Shown here: positions 1 to 12,100 of the stretch, one piece after another
Position numbering within the stretch: position 1 is the stretch's first letter
Layout of the letters: every line of letters begins with the position of its first letter
Assembly (NCBI RefSeq): GCF_006345805.1
Contig: NC_042998.1
Location: 107,136,001-107,200,000, forward strand
DNA from: Octopus sinensis
Lineage: Eukaryota
Length of the DNA stretch: 64,000 nucleotides
Reading direction: 5' to 3'
The notes under the pieces: generated by a model
What the model saw: only the letters and a program-made list of their open reading frames with translations
Databases searched by the model: none
What the model was told of the DNA's origin: nothing
Made by a program: the position numbers and the translations under genes

Positions 1-32
<32 letters not shown>

Positions 33-369
33 GGTGGGGGAGATCGTGATCTTTATGCTGTAATTATGAAATACAATGGTTACTCAAAATTTAATGCTAA
101 GCTTGTAGTTTTAACTCACAGAGAAAACAAACCTAGATGCATTACAATAACCGGATGAATGTATGTGCCGTTACACTACACGAGTACGCGCGCGTGTCCG
201 CACACACATGATGGTTACAGAAAAATATCTTTTTCATAAATAGAATACTGAACACTAACATTCACTGGCATGGTCAAAGATGAGACCTCACTGCATAGTA
301 GAACAAAATTCTACTGCTGAACAGATGTATTTATAATTTGCATGCTAAACCACACCAGTTTGAACAAAC

Positions 370-990
370 TTCCCTTCAGAAAAATATTTTCTCGAAAAAA
401 ATTTTATCAATGGCCAGCAAATATGTCCAATTTTTCGGCATATTTTGCATTAGAAATTTTTTCCTTTGCCCTCATTTATGAATTGTTTATAAATTTAACC
501 GTTAAAGGTATTTTTTAATATGCTGGCCATTGATAAAAATTTTTTCGAGAAAATATTTTTTTTAGAAAAGAATTTTATCCTCACATTTGATATAAATTTA
601 AGCGTTCACTTCCGGACTAACTAACTCACTCTGTGAGAACCTCAGTTCAAATCGCACGTGCCTCGAATGGGCTGGAGTATTTCTATTTTGGATGTATTTG
701 GGGTACTTAGTTGTGCCCATGACTTAGTATTTGCTTCTTCCATGGGTATGAGTAAGTATCTCATTTATTTCTTTTGCCACATGTATCACTGACGAAGAGA
801 GGGCTCTTAGTAGCTAACTCTGAAATCGGTCCGATATGGTAATAATGGAATTTTTTAGAAATTTCTGTCGACCTTTTTTCGAGTAGCGTGCGTATTGTGA
901 AAAAATTATATGGTTAATGGACAATATGTCCAATTTTTCGGCATATTTGGCATTAGAAATTTTTTCCTTTGCCCTCATTTATGAATTGTA
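370..990 (+). mobile_element. Penelope-like element terminal (pseudo-LTR) remnant with direct and inverted repeats and a hammerhead motif
   Basis: Inverted repeat ~378-421 / ~520-563 (AAAATATTTTCTCGAAAAAA...ATCAATGGCCAGCA). Direct repeat ~419-487 / ~922-990 (AATATGTCCAATTTTTCGGCATATTT.GCATTAGAAATTTTT.CCTTTGCCCTCATTTATGAATTGT). Hammerhead core at 783-837. Mixed direct and inverted terminal repeats with hammerheads are typical of PLEs. Confidence 0.55.
783..837 (+). ncRNA. Type I hammerhead ribozyme motif (PLE-type, minimal stem III)
   Basis: GTATCA-CTGACGA-AGAG[18 nt loop]CTCT-GAAA-TCG-GTC-CGATAT. Conserved CUGANGA and GAAA boxes, 4-bp stem II, GUC cleavage triplet, and stem I GTATC/GATAT with a mismatch at the first pair. 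Confidence 0.6.
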
Positions 991-1039
991 TATATATATA
1001 TATATAAAGTAAGCATGATCTAGTAGCTTGTGCCGCTCT

Positions 1040-1315
1040 TTCTCTAATTGTTTAAAGTGCCTTTGTAGGTAGTCATGAGTTGACATAGGCACTCTCTCGT
1101 CCAATCCACTCTTGGCTCAATGGAACAGCCAAGCTATAACGGCAGAAGGGAGATATAACTGCGGTCGGTTGATGCTCATTTTTCAACTAAGTAGACTAGA
1201 ATAACGTGATATGAAGTGCCTTGCTCAAGAATACAATGCGCTGTCCGATTACAGAATCGAACCTGCATCTTTGCTATCCTAAGCCCAACACCCTAACTAC
1301 TAAACTGTACATGTG
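1040..1315 (-). mobile_element. tRNA-derived SINE (family D variant), degenerate
   Basis: The reverse strand has A-box TAGTAGTTAGGG, B-box GGTTCGATTC and the central TTCTTGAGCAAGGCACTTCATATCACG segment shared with 63076-63392. Confidence 0.7.
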
Positions 1316-2721
1316 TGTGTTTGCGTATACATATATAACAAAAACGAACCAGTTGGTTAACTGATACAAATAAATACATAAGAGTGTAAGATATGTGTGA
1401 CATGTAAAGCGACACGTAGACATAGAATTCAACCAACTGTTCCAGTTCATAGCCCATGTACTTCAATATATGTATTTAGTGACATACATAGAGCGATGTC
1501 TTTCTTTTATCCGTTATCGACACCAGATAATCTCACAAACGTTGTATAGTACATACAGATAAACACAAATACATGTATTCATATGCTTTAATTATAAGCT
1601 CCCTCTAATCATTTTCAACTGGTTGCTATGGACAAATATCATATCGACAATGATCTTTGCTGGAAGTATGTCTGTTATCGATGATTCAACTGTCCTGCGC
1701 ACTTCTGTGCGTGCCCGCGTGTGTAGTAACGCGTTGCTATTAGTAGGAAGCAACAAGTGTCGGCAAGCGTAGATAGTAATAATCAATCGATATGTTTGAT
1801 TGTTGTTACCGTGTCATAGTCGCTGCTTTATTGGAATAATAATACAATGTCGTTGATGTCACTGCATATAGTCACTAAATTTTGTCTGTTCCAGTAACAG
1901 TAGATAGTAATCAATTTGAAGAAACATGTTTATCTTGGGGAAAGGTATAGATTTGTATAAAAACGAATGCCACGTGCTACGTTCGATTCATATGAGCAGT
2001 ATTATGTCTTAATGCTTATAGATAATAATAATATATTAATAGACGATCTCCTCATACGACTCTCTCTCTCTCCCTCTCTCTCTCTCACTCTAGCCTTCTT
2101 TCTCCTTCTCTCTCTCTTTCTCTCTTTCTTTCTCTTTTTCTTCTTGAATTCCGAAGTAATTCTGGTCTAGTTATATCAAAGATTATTTAATTAATGGCTG
2201 GACAAACGTTTCTCGTCATTAATAGAATTCCAGACTGACTTTCCGAATAAATGAATAATCGTAACGTAATTCATGTGACTACCAATAATAGTTTTTCTTT
2301 CTTTCTTTCTTTCTTTTTTTGTCTTTTGCTCGTTTAATTAATCTAATTCTAATTTAAAGGTTCCATGGCTCCATTATTTAATTGTTGTGTTAAGCAGATG
2401 AGAGATAAATCTTCACCTGGATATGAAGATGGCAGATCACTGCTAACTTTTCCACAGATGGAATTGAACTTGATATTGTTATCTAACAAGATATTCGTTA
2501 GTTCCTCAGTCCTACTTTTTGATGCAGTTTAACTGTGGATCAATCCCACTCAAACAAAACTTATAATCAAAAGCGTTCCAGTAACGACCATTCCATTTTG
2601 ATGGGTATTGCGTGTTACTAAATTAATAGTGGTTGTCACCAATGTAATGTGGGTTCGGTTGTAATTAAGAGTGAGTGTTCTGTGATTTAATGTATCAAGA
2701 GTATCCGTGAGACAATCCATT

Positions 2722-2734
2722 TCAATTATTATTA

Positions 2735-2783
<49 letters not shown>

Positions 2784-2790
2784 ATTATTA

Positions 2791-2823
<33 letters not shown>

Positions 2824-3040
2824 ATTATTGTTGTTGTTGTTATTATTATTATTATATTATTGTTATTGTTGTTGTTGTTGTTGTTATTATTATTATGTTA
2901 TTGTTGTTGTTGTTATTATTATTATGTTATTGTTGTGTTGTTATTATTATTATTATGTTATTGTTGTTGTTGTTGTTATTATTATTATTATTATACTATT
3001 GTTATTGTTGTTGTTGTTGTTATTATTATTATTATTATTG
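2722..3040. repeat. Compound (ATT)n/(GTT)n microsatellite; 3' tail of the adjacent minus-strand retroposon
   Basis: About 320 nt of ATT and GTT triplets; source of the poly-L/Y/I/V/C ORFs at 2707-3171. Confidence 0.97.
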
Positions 3041-3567
3041 AGTGAGAGAGCGGTGCATGCCATCAGAGTGACACTGGGGTAAAATATATGAAGCCCAGTA
3101 TACCCATCATCACTACTCGTCTGATAAGGGTACACGTGTATCACAACCATATGTGCACATGGAGATCCCACATCAAGATAAACAGCGCATGGCCTTGCAG
3201 GTGGAGCCCAGTTAGAATTTCTTTCAGGTCGAGTAACATATCTCGCTCAAAAGTTCCATGAATAAGGGTTGTTTAAGGCTTATGAACGAAACACCCATGT
3301 TTCCAGAAGTGAATTACTCAAACCCTACAGAATCCCTCTCGACGCATAGTTATGATGCTCCCCCACTACTTCTGCTCTTGATCAGAGATGCACATACCGT
3401 CAACCACTAAGGGACATGTTCAACTGGTTAAGATCAAACAACTGACAAGCAAATCTGTGGTATTGTGCAAAATATTTGCTGTAGCCCATCTTTTATACCA
3501 AGACAAAACAATGTACATGATAACACTTCCAGTCAGTTAAGATCAGAAGCTATGAGAGCCAGTACTG

Positions 3568-3570
<3 letters not shown>
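3041..3570 (-). mobile_element. Non-coding retroposon (family B, ~530 nt) ending in an (AAT)n tail
   Basis: Shares ~200 nt with 4824-5030 (GAGTGAGAGAGC.G..CATGCC.TCA.AGTGACA...GATAAGGGTACAC...ATCAAGATAAACAGCGCATG.CCTTGCAGGTGG). Both copies end in CTCTCTCACTCAATAATAAT on the minus strand. Confidence 0.8.
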
Positions 3571-3608
<38 letters not shown>

Positions 3609-3610
3609 TG

Positions 3611-4745
3611 GTAGATTGAGGCAATTTTTTACTGCATCACCTGCTACACCTCCGTGTTCCTGTGGTGTGTGCAGCATTGTGTGTTCTTTTCTGCTATTGG
3701 GAATGTGCGAACTCTTCTCTTTACTGTATTGTGTTAGTTTTTTTCTCGTGGGGTGTGGTGCAGTTTTTTTTGTGTTACTTCTTTATTGTGTGTTGAGTGT
3801 GTAATGCATTGGTTACTAAGATTGCTGGTGGGAGTTTATTTCACTGGGTAAATGCTGTATAGAGTGTGTCATGTATTTGTGGGTTGCTTTGTTTAGGTTG
3901 TATTATTGGATTTATAGTGTCTTTTGTAGGATGTGGACTGCTCCTAGCAGGGCTATTTTTTTGACAGCGTATAGTGTTGAGGATCCAGATATAGCGTCTA
4001 CATTTTTGCTGATATGATTTTTAATCATACCCAATGTTCCAATTATTATTGGTATTGTTTTTAACATCATGCCTTACATTTTGAATACTTTTTTCTTCAC
4101 TTCCTTTTTGGTAATATTTTAATCAGAAGGGACTGCAATGTCTAACAGCAACCAGGTGTTTTTCCCCAATCTTTGACTATTATGTCTGGGCAATTAGCTT
4201 TTATTTCTTTGTCGGTTTGAACCGGCATATCCCAGATGATTGTGGCCTGGTCGTTGTCTTGTACCTTGCTTGGCTCATGCTTATACCACCTGCTGTCAGT
4301 TTTGAGCTTGCAATGTTGGCATATTGTCCAGTGGATATAACTGCTTACTTTGTGGTCTGTATACATATTCAGACTTGGCAAGGACTGGGCAGCCCGAGAT
4401 GATGTGATCAACTGTCTCATTGTGCTGATTGTACATTCTGCATTTGGTGTTGAGGCCTGTTTTCATTATCTTGTTTTTACAATTGTTTGTAGTCAGGCTT
4501 TGGTCTTGTGCAGCAAGAATCTGTCCTTCCGTTTCGGCTTTTAGTCCAGAGCTTTTGAGTCATTATTGGCTTTTACTTAGGCTCACTTTCTCTCTGTCTA
4601 GCCTTACGGGGTACTGGCCACGAAGTGATTTTTCTCTCACCATTTATTTTTCAGCATCTCTGGTAATTCAGTTTGCTCTCCTTGTGTATAGAGGAGAGCG
4701 TTTTCTTTTTCTGATGTTACTTTACTACATGCAGTAGTCTTCTTT
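3611..4745 (-). mobile_element. 5'-truncated R4/Dong-clade non-LTR retrotransposon (RLE endonuclease region and 3' UTR), pseudogenised
   Basis: Minus-strand translation KVSSYIHWTICQH...WYKHEPSKV...IIWDMPVQTDKEIKANCPDIIVKD matches the R4-clade HW..C...WD.PIQTD..I.ANRPDI motif. Flanked by (AAT)n on both sides. Confidence 0.88.
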
Positions 4746-4752
4746 GTTTCTA

Positions 4753-4823
<71 letters not shown>

Positions 4824-4824
<1 letters not shown>

Positions 4825-5030
4825 GAGTGAGAGAGCAGCACATGCCGTCAAAGTGACATTGAGGTACAAGTATACCCATCATGACTTCCCGTCTGATAAG
4901 GGTACACCAGGCACATGTATCACAACCACATGTGCGCGACATGATCTTATATCAAGATAAACAGCGCATGACCTTGCAGGTGGGTCCCAGTTAAAATTTT
5001 CTTCTGGTTAAGTAGCCCATCCCGCTTAAA
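4824..5030 (-). mobile_element. Family B retroposon, 3' fragment
   Basis: Aligns by eye to 3041-3260; (AAT)n tail at ~4752-4823. Confidence 0.8.
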
Positions 5031-5419
5031 AATGGAGATATTGTGAGGATAATAGTAATAATGGTACACCTCTCCCACGTGACAAGTGGTACATGCTAGT
5101 TGCTATAAATAAGGTGACGTCGGTCAGTATAGGGAGAGAGTACGTAGCAGGCGTTCTTAGATAGTCATGTCTTTACTGGTCTAACAACTATATTGCTCTA
5201 CCGAAGTGGGCGTTATAACAATCCGACTTTAATGATTACAACACCTTCATGAGCTGTGCATATAAGTGCTTCAGTCTCTTAATTTCAGATCACTCCTTCT
5301 CATCCAAAGTCATCGGTCTACTGTTTTTCTTTCTTTTTTGTTGACTTTTCCTCTTTAAGTTTTTCTTTCTTTACAAAATTATCAGTTTTAATAATGCCGA
5401 ACTTCTTCACATATTATTA

Positions 5420-5478
<59 letters not shown>

Positions 5479-5479
<1 letters not shown>

Positions 5480-5825
5480 TTGGTTTCGCTCAGGTTCGGT
5501 CTTATTCCTGGAAGGATTTATGTGGATAGCAGGTTACTTCTTGTAACCTTAGGTATCCACAAGTTTTCAGCAGTCTTTCAAGTGCTTAGACCGCCTCCTG
5601 ATAATCCTTGCTGTCGCTAAGAGACAAACTTTCTGTAGGAGCTCTACCCAGCATTCAATCTCAGTCTCCTTCAGCCATTTGTCTATATATTATTATTATT
5701 TTGGTTTGGCTCAGGTTCAGTCTTATTCCTGGTGGCCATTTGTCTATATCTTGGCTTACTGTTCCCAACGCACCAATTATTATAGGCACAACCTTTACTG
5801 TTCGCATGCTCCAAATTCTTACAGA
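5479..5825 (-). mobile_element. Two short 3' fragments of an R4/Dong-like element with (AAT)n tails
   Basis: Minus-strand translation KIWSMRTVKVVPIIIGALGTVSQDIDKW. The 3' end GACCGAACCTGAGC.AAACCAAAATAATAAT is shared with 58850-59110. Confidence 0.82.
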
Positions 5826-5924
5826 AAGACAGGCGAATCGTATAGATGTGCATGAGTACGTATGTTTGCGTGCGTGTGTGTGTGTGCATCTATCTATCTG
5901 CCTGTCTGTCTCTGTCTGTCTGTC

Positions 5925-6150
5925 TGTGTTTTTGTATTTGTCCCCCATCACCACTTGTTTACGCTTGTTTACGTTCCCATTGCTTACCAGTTCGACATAA
6001 AAAGATCGATAGAATAAGTATCAGACATTAAAAAAAATAATAAGTACTGGGATAATAAGTACTGCAATCGATTTGTTCGACGAAACCCTTAAGGGCGGTA
6101 CCCCAGTATGACCGCAATCCAATGACAGAAACAATTAAAAGATAAAAAAA
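5925..6150 (+). mobile_element. SINE family C, 3' half (preceded by an internal TG/TCTG microsatellite)
   Basis: TTTGTCCCCC...GTTTACG..CC...TTCG.CA.AAAAGA.CGATAGAATAAGTA...AAGGGCGGTACCCCAGTATGACCGCA is shared with 16200-16445, 20075-20580 and 44190-44400. Confidence 0.78.
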
Positions 6151-6559
6151 ACATAACTGATTAACAACTAATCGAAGACAGCAAAATGACAAACCTGCTT
6201 CTGTATATCTGATGTGAGTGAAAGTCTAAATAGATTAAGCGTTGTGAAATACCACAGATATTGAACTGCCGAAGCAAGCACAAACAAGTTTCTTTGATAT
6301 CTCTCTACACCACATAAATAAGCAGTGTTGATTTAATTGATTTAATGTAGAAACAATAAGTATAAAGCCTGTGAATTCTGTGAAAGGAAATAGGAAAATA
6401 ATTATTTGTATGTTTTTCCTAAGGACATAAGTGATGTTAGGGAACTGCATTGGTTTGATATCCGTTATGAAATCGTGCTACAAAAAGCACTAAACATATT
6501 TTCTTACTTAGAACAAGGTCACGTATTTTGGATTATTGTATTTATTATCTTTTATCTTT

Positions 6560-6770
6560 TTACCTTTTATTTGCCTTGCTGGGGCACCATCTTGACGAGT
6601 TTGATCGAATAAATCGATCCCAGTAGCTATTTTTAAGCTTGATATTCATTCTCTTTTGTCGAACCGCTAGATTACGGGGACGTAAACAAACAAATACTGG
6701 TTGTCAAGTGGTGGTGAGGGGACAAGCACAAACACAAAGATGCACATATATACATACTTACACACACACA
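6560..6770 (-). mobile_element. SINE family C, 3' half
   Basis: GTCGAACCGCTAGATTACGGGGACGTAAACAAAC...GGTTGTCAAGTGGTGGTGAGGGGACAAGCACA is the reverse complement of the family C consensus. Confidence 0.8.
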
Positions 6771-6789
6771 TTGCTGACCTTTAGGAACA

Positions 6790-7368
6790 TTGTGCGGTCT
6801 AGGACTAACTTATATTTTGCATTTGCGGCTCCGTTGGTGGCTGTTGAGCCCTGCTCTTGACAAGCATAAACGACAACAAACATTGCAAAACAAGCTTTCC
6901 CTATTCACTATGCTAGCAGTGCGTTTTCGAGCAGCACGCTTAAATTCTTCATGTAGAATACGCGCTCTTTCAAAGCTGTCGAGCTCCTCATAACCTGCTC
7001 CCTCCATCTGTGGCGATGACAAGCATTGTTCTCCCAGTCGATCTCCTGCATATCACAAGCCTTTAATGAGGACTTGACACAGTCCTTAAATCGCAGCCTT
7101 GGTTTCTGCCGGGATTTCTTTCCACTAATAACTTCCCCATATAGCATCTGTTTAGGGATCCTACTATCTTCCATTCTAATAAGGTGTCCAGTCCAACGTA
7201 ACCGGTGCTTGTGCACTATCGCCTCAATACTCAAGATATCAACTTTCCTCAAGACCTGTGTGTCTGGAGTTTTTAAGGTCCAGCCAACATTCAGAATGTC
7301 TCAGACATCTCTGATGGAAGCGTTCAAGGACCTTTACATGACGTTTGTAAAGGTCCATGTATCACATG
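6790..7368 (-). mobile_element. RTE-clade LINE, 3' end of the RT ORF (frameshifted)
   Basis: PCDTWT...VLRKVDILSIEAIVHKHRLRWTGHLIRMEDSRIPKQMLYGEV..G.KSRQKPRLRFKDCVK...WREQV, followed by the C-terminal C2H2-like FCNVCCRLCLSRAGLNSHQRS. All are hallmark RTE motifs. Confidence 0.93.
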
Positions 7369-7471
<103 letters not shown>

Positions 7472-7646
7472 CTGTTTATTTGCACCATTGTCTCCATATT
7501 TGTTCACTTGGATTCTCTTTATAGACACTCTTTACCCTACTGACTTAGATAAAGATTTGGAAGTGTAAGTCCAAATAGTGTTTTCAATATAGATTCTCTC
7601 GATCTCATCTATATGTATGAGTATACACACACACAGATATATATAT

Positions 7647-7699
<53 letters not shown>

Positions 7700-8989
7700 C
7701 ATACATATATATATGAGTATATACGCACACGTGCATCCTATATATATTGTGTGTGTGTGTGTGTGTGTAGTACAGCGTTTCATCAGGATCTGAAGTTGTT
7801 CTGCAATCCGACACCCTTATCTAAGTAATATGTTGATGATCATGATCATGGTAGTGGTGGCGGCGGTGGTGGTGGTGGTGATGTCGGCATCAAACAGAAC
7901 AAATTTAAGATGGTGGAAATGGAAAAGCGCCAGCGAATGCTTTGAAGTATGTGTATGTTTTTTTTTTCTCATTATCAGTTCAAATCCTAACAGAATCATC
8001 TTCAGATTGCGCCTTTACATTTATGTTATTTGCTGGTACATGTTCTCAAAAAGAAAATCTTATTCAGTTAGATATAAATATATTTCACAAAATCAGAAAG
8101 TGATACTTTGTGTATGCATGTACAAGCATATGACGTAAATTTTGTACCTGCGCCAACGCATATGTTCGTGTGAGTGTGCACGCGCATGTATATATGTGTA
8201 TGTGTTAGAATAGGTTTTCGGCTCAAAACAATTTGTTCCGCTTAGCTTGCTAATCACATCCCAAGCTGAGCATAAGCAATTTTAGACGATCACACAAATC
8301 TATTAATAATAGTTATGTATATATTTCTAGTCACAGATTATGGAATCTGATACTAATATTAGTGACCTTGATATTAAATAGGCAACTTAGTCATTTGCCT
8401 TGATATCATTAGCGTGTTTCAGTGTGTGATAATGTATAAAACAGTTGTATCATGCTGATATGAGTGACGTGAAACTCAAACGCTATTGCATTAGGGTATT
8501 ATTAAAGGACATTTTTAATTAATTTATTGTTTCTTTTTGCTACTTTTAAGTGGGGAGTGTTATATTTCATTTTGATTTAGAACTGTGCTGCATTGATTTA
8601 TATTTATTTTACCGGCTTTCGTGTTTGCCATTGCTTTTTAACACTATTGTTTTTATAGATAATGTATGAACGTCAAGGAAGTCATCCAGCTGATACGTAA
8701 AGATCATTTCACAGGCGAATGTCCAAAAACGTTGTTTTTAATCGATTATTGCATTATCCCGTAACCTACTGATAAGCCAACTGAATTAGTTTGTCGATTT
8801 CAAGAAATGTATTTGTACAAATAAATTTCCGGAACGCTCTGATTGATAAATGCTGTGTACGAACATCATCTGAGTATGTATATATGTAGATCATATACGT
8901 ATGTATGTACATACATTGTGTGTCTGTGTGTCGGTGTGTTTCTGAGTGTGTCTGTGTGTTCATGTGTGTGTATGTGTGCTTGTGTACAT

Positions 8990-9126
8990 ACATGCATACA
9001 TACATATATATACATACATACATACATACATACATACATACATACATACATACATACATACATACATACATACATACATACATACATACATACATACATA
9101 CATACATACATACATACATACATACA

Positions 9127-9155
<29 letters not shown>
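8990..9155. repeat. (CATA)n microsatellite
   Basis: About 40 units; source of the HTYI/MYVC ORFs. Confidence 0.98.
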
Positions 9156-9157
<2 letters not shown>

Positions 9158-12100
9158 GGAATCGATATCGGGCACGTCAGCATAAGGAGGCTGTTCATCT
9201 TTCTGTAATGAATACTATCCCAAAAGAACTTTTGCCATTATGGCGAAAAAGATTGGTTATCTTGTTTGAAGAAATGCCTTTTTATGGGAGATCATAGTAG
9301 TAATCAAGTGGAGAAATTAACTGAAACTCGTTACGGCCGACCAGGAAACTGGTGTCAGCTTTCGTAAGTCACTGATCTCTCGAGAGAAATTTCAATGGAC
9401 TTTTGATTTAAACCAAGACTTCTACCAATTCTATAAAAAGGAGAGTGATCTGTTGATAGGCCCTATAAAAAGATGAAGAATGACTAAAACTTTAAATAAC
9501 CCAACTGCTTGAAATTCAGTGTTAAATAACTACGACAACAAACCCTCGATTAGAACAAAATAGCATTTATACCCACAGACTATGAGAATCACACAGCAAG
9601 AAAGAATTATACCAAACCAGTGAATTTTTCTCCTGAGAAGATCATAAATAATACGGACGGTGACAATGGGACAATAAGAAAACTGCAACGAACATGTCGT
9701 TACACGAACGAGCAGTAACCGATTGTGAACAGAAATAATGAGTGAAGAATATAAACAATCAAAAGAACTCTTAACAGCAAAATTCAAACAAATCTTTTCT
9801 ATTTACATTAATAAACAATCACATGAGAGAGCGATTACCACACGAATCGATAGAAAAACCAACCGACCTGATGGATCTGCGATGTTGTAGCTAAAGAACA
9901 ATTAGCAGAGATTTGAAAATCTCAACTTCTGGACATCTAATGTTCTGCTGTATTGTGCTGCATTTACCATTCACCAATATACGGGAATAACGGAGATCGA
10001 TCGCAGTGAGAAGAAACAACCAAAATGGATTACCTCTCTCCAGGCACATATCGACAGACTTAGAATAAGTATTTGACAGCTAGATACTATCATTAAGTGC
10101 AAAGTTGATAAATTCACGAACCACCAGCTACAAGTTTATGATAGATTATCTAAATATTAAAAATGCGTGGGTCTGTGGCACTTCGTTATGCAAATACAAT
10201 ATACTATAAGGTATACTAAATGTTTTCATAAGTCAGTACCACGTTCTATTGAGTCAGCAGTGCTCTTCACATTATTTTGTTTTAACAAATATTCTATAGA
10301 ACGTACAGCCAGCACTGATTCTTGCTACAACGTTTCGTATCGAGACTTCAGATGTAAATAGACAATATGATTGAAGACAGAAGGGGGTAATGAGTGTATA
10401 TGCCATATTTTGGTGGTTGTTTCCCCTTCTTCAGTACTCATCTAACCTATTATTGCCTCCGAATATATTGCTTATTTTATCTAAAGTCTAAGGGAAATAT
10501 CAACAAGAAACACTAACGAGCAAGTTAATTTCTCTTCAGCTTGAAATGCGAGCAGTTAGGGAACAATTTCGTCGTGAAAGAAACCTTCGAGAACGAAAGG
10601 CCATCAATGCAAGTTTGCAAAATCCCACAGGCGGCGTCTTAATATGAAAGGTCATACCATCAAGATTATAGAAGCTCCGCACCTGGATGGTCTAGAGTTG
10701 TTTTGGGAATTGGAATTTAAACAAAGAATACAAGCAAGATGCAATGTGGTTAGATGAGATACAGAGTGACTACTGTGCAAACATCTCTCCTAAAACTTAT
10801 AATATCAAGAGGAAACCACCACCACCAGCCCCAAAACTTATAATACCTGCAGGAAAACCCTCCTAACATTTGTTGCAAAACAGCCGAATGGAAATCTCAT
10901 GGGAAGGATAGTCGGTTATTGGAATAGAAAGCTCACACTCTATAGGACAGCCACAGTTAACCTTTTCAAAAGAATAAGCTGGCGTAGATAGGGTCAACTG
11001 GTTATCAGGTGCATGTACAACACTAGAAGCCAAAAGAATTATAAATAGCAAAACACACAATGTAGTAACTGAATAGTAGGCAGGAGGAAGGAAAGGAGTC
11101 TAAGGATGACAACATGGCCCACAGAACTATGGATAGGAAGAAAAGTTACCACTATAGTCACTAGTAAAATTAGGCTATCAACAGGAATAGTTCAAGTAAA
11201 CAGCTTATCTGTAATGCCTTTTGTTTAGCAGTGAACCCCTTGTCAGCCTTGTTATGGATATACAAAAGGTTACTTGATAGGAGCAGCAGATAAAAGAACG
11301 ATTGATTTCATTCATCCACACTCTTTTTAAAGTTCTACTTAAATAATATTTGTGACATTAAAAAGTAGTTAGAACTGGTTACAAAATTCTCATGGGATAT
11401 GAGAATGGATTTGGGTCAGAAAAATTGTCCAAGTTTGATAATCAAACGAGGAAAGATTGTCGACCAAGGAAGCGCACTGTTATCATTTGCTTGTCTATCT
11501 CCAGAATTGAATGTTACAAATACCTTGAAATTGATGGAATTACTGTATATGTTGGTGTTGTTACAGCAACAAAAGAATATTTCAGCAGATCTTGGAAGAC
11601 ATGGCAATCAGATCTGTCCGCATTCAATAAAACTGTATCCCACAATGCTTTAGCAGTGCCAGTGCTAGTACCCACAAATGGGATCTTGAAGAAATCCGCA
11701 ACGTGGACATCAGGATTAGCGAAGATACTAACAATGACCGGTAGCTTCTACATCAAGAGTAACACTGAGAGGATCTATGTTAAAAGAAAGGACTGAGTTA
11801 GAGACATAATATCTGTCCAAACGGCCTTTGAATACCACTTAGACAACATATACTGAACAGCAAAAACAGAGATAAGTACATCACCTGATCAGCAAAAGGG
11901 ATCAGGATGTCTCTAAATATCCACACTGTGATGGGACGTGTCAATTGTCTCATATCAGTGTTAAATATATCAGTCATATCATTACTAGCTGTTCAAATGT
12001 GTCCGCAAGATACCTCCTTCTCATGAAACATAACATTGTCACTAAGACGGTCCGCAATGCTTTTCGCAGGAAGGATTATCCTAAGTGTCACATCAAAGGC

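Noticed and set aside
2380-2700. Minus-strand frame KTASKSRTEELTNILLDNNIKF resembling the start of a LINE AP-endonuclease
   Set aside because: Too short and degenerate to support a call without a profile search.
2707-3171. Poly-L/Y/C/V/N ORFs, and the equivalent YI, CV, HT, MYVC, poly-H, poly-G and poly-P ORFs throughout the track
   Set aside because: They are translations of di-, tri- and tetranucleotide microsatellites, which lack stop codons in some frames.
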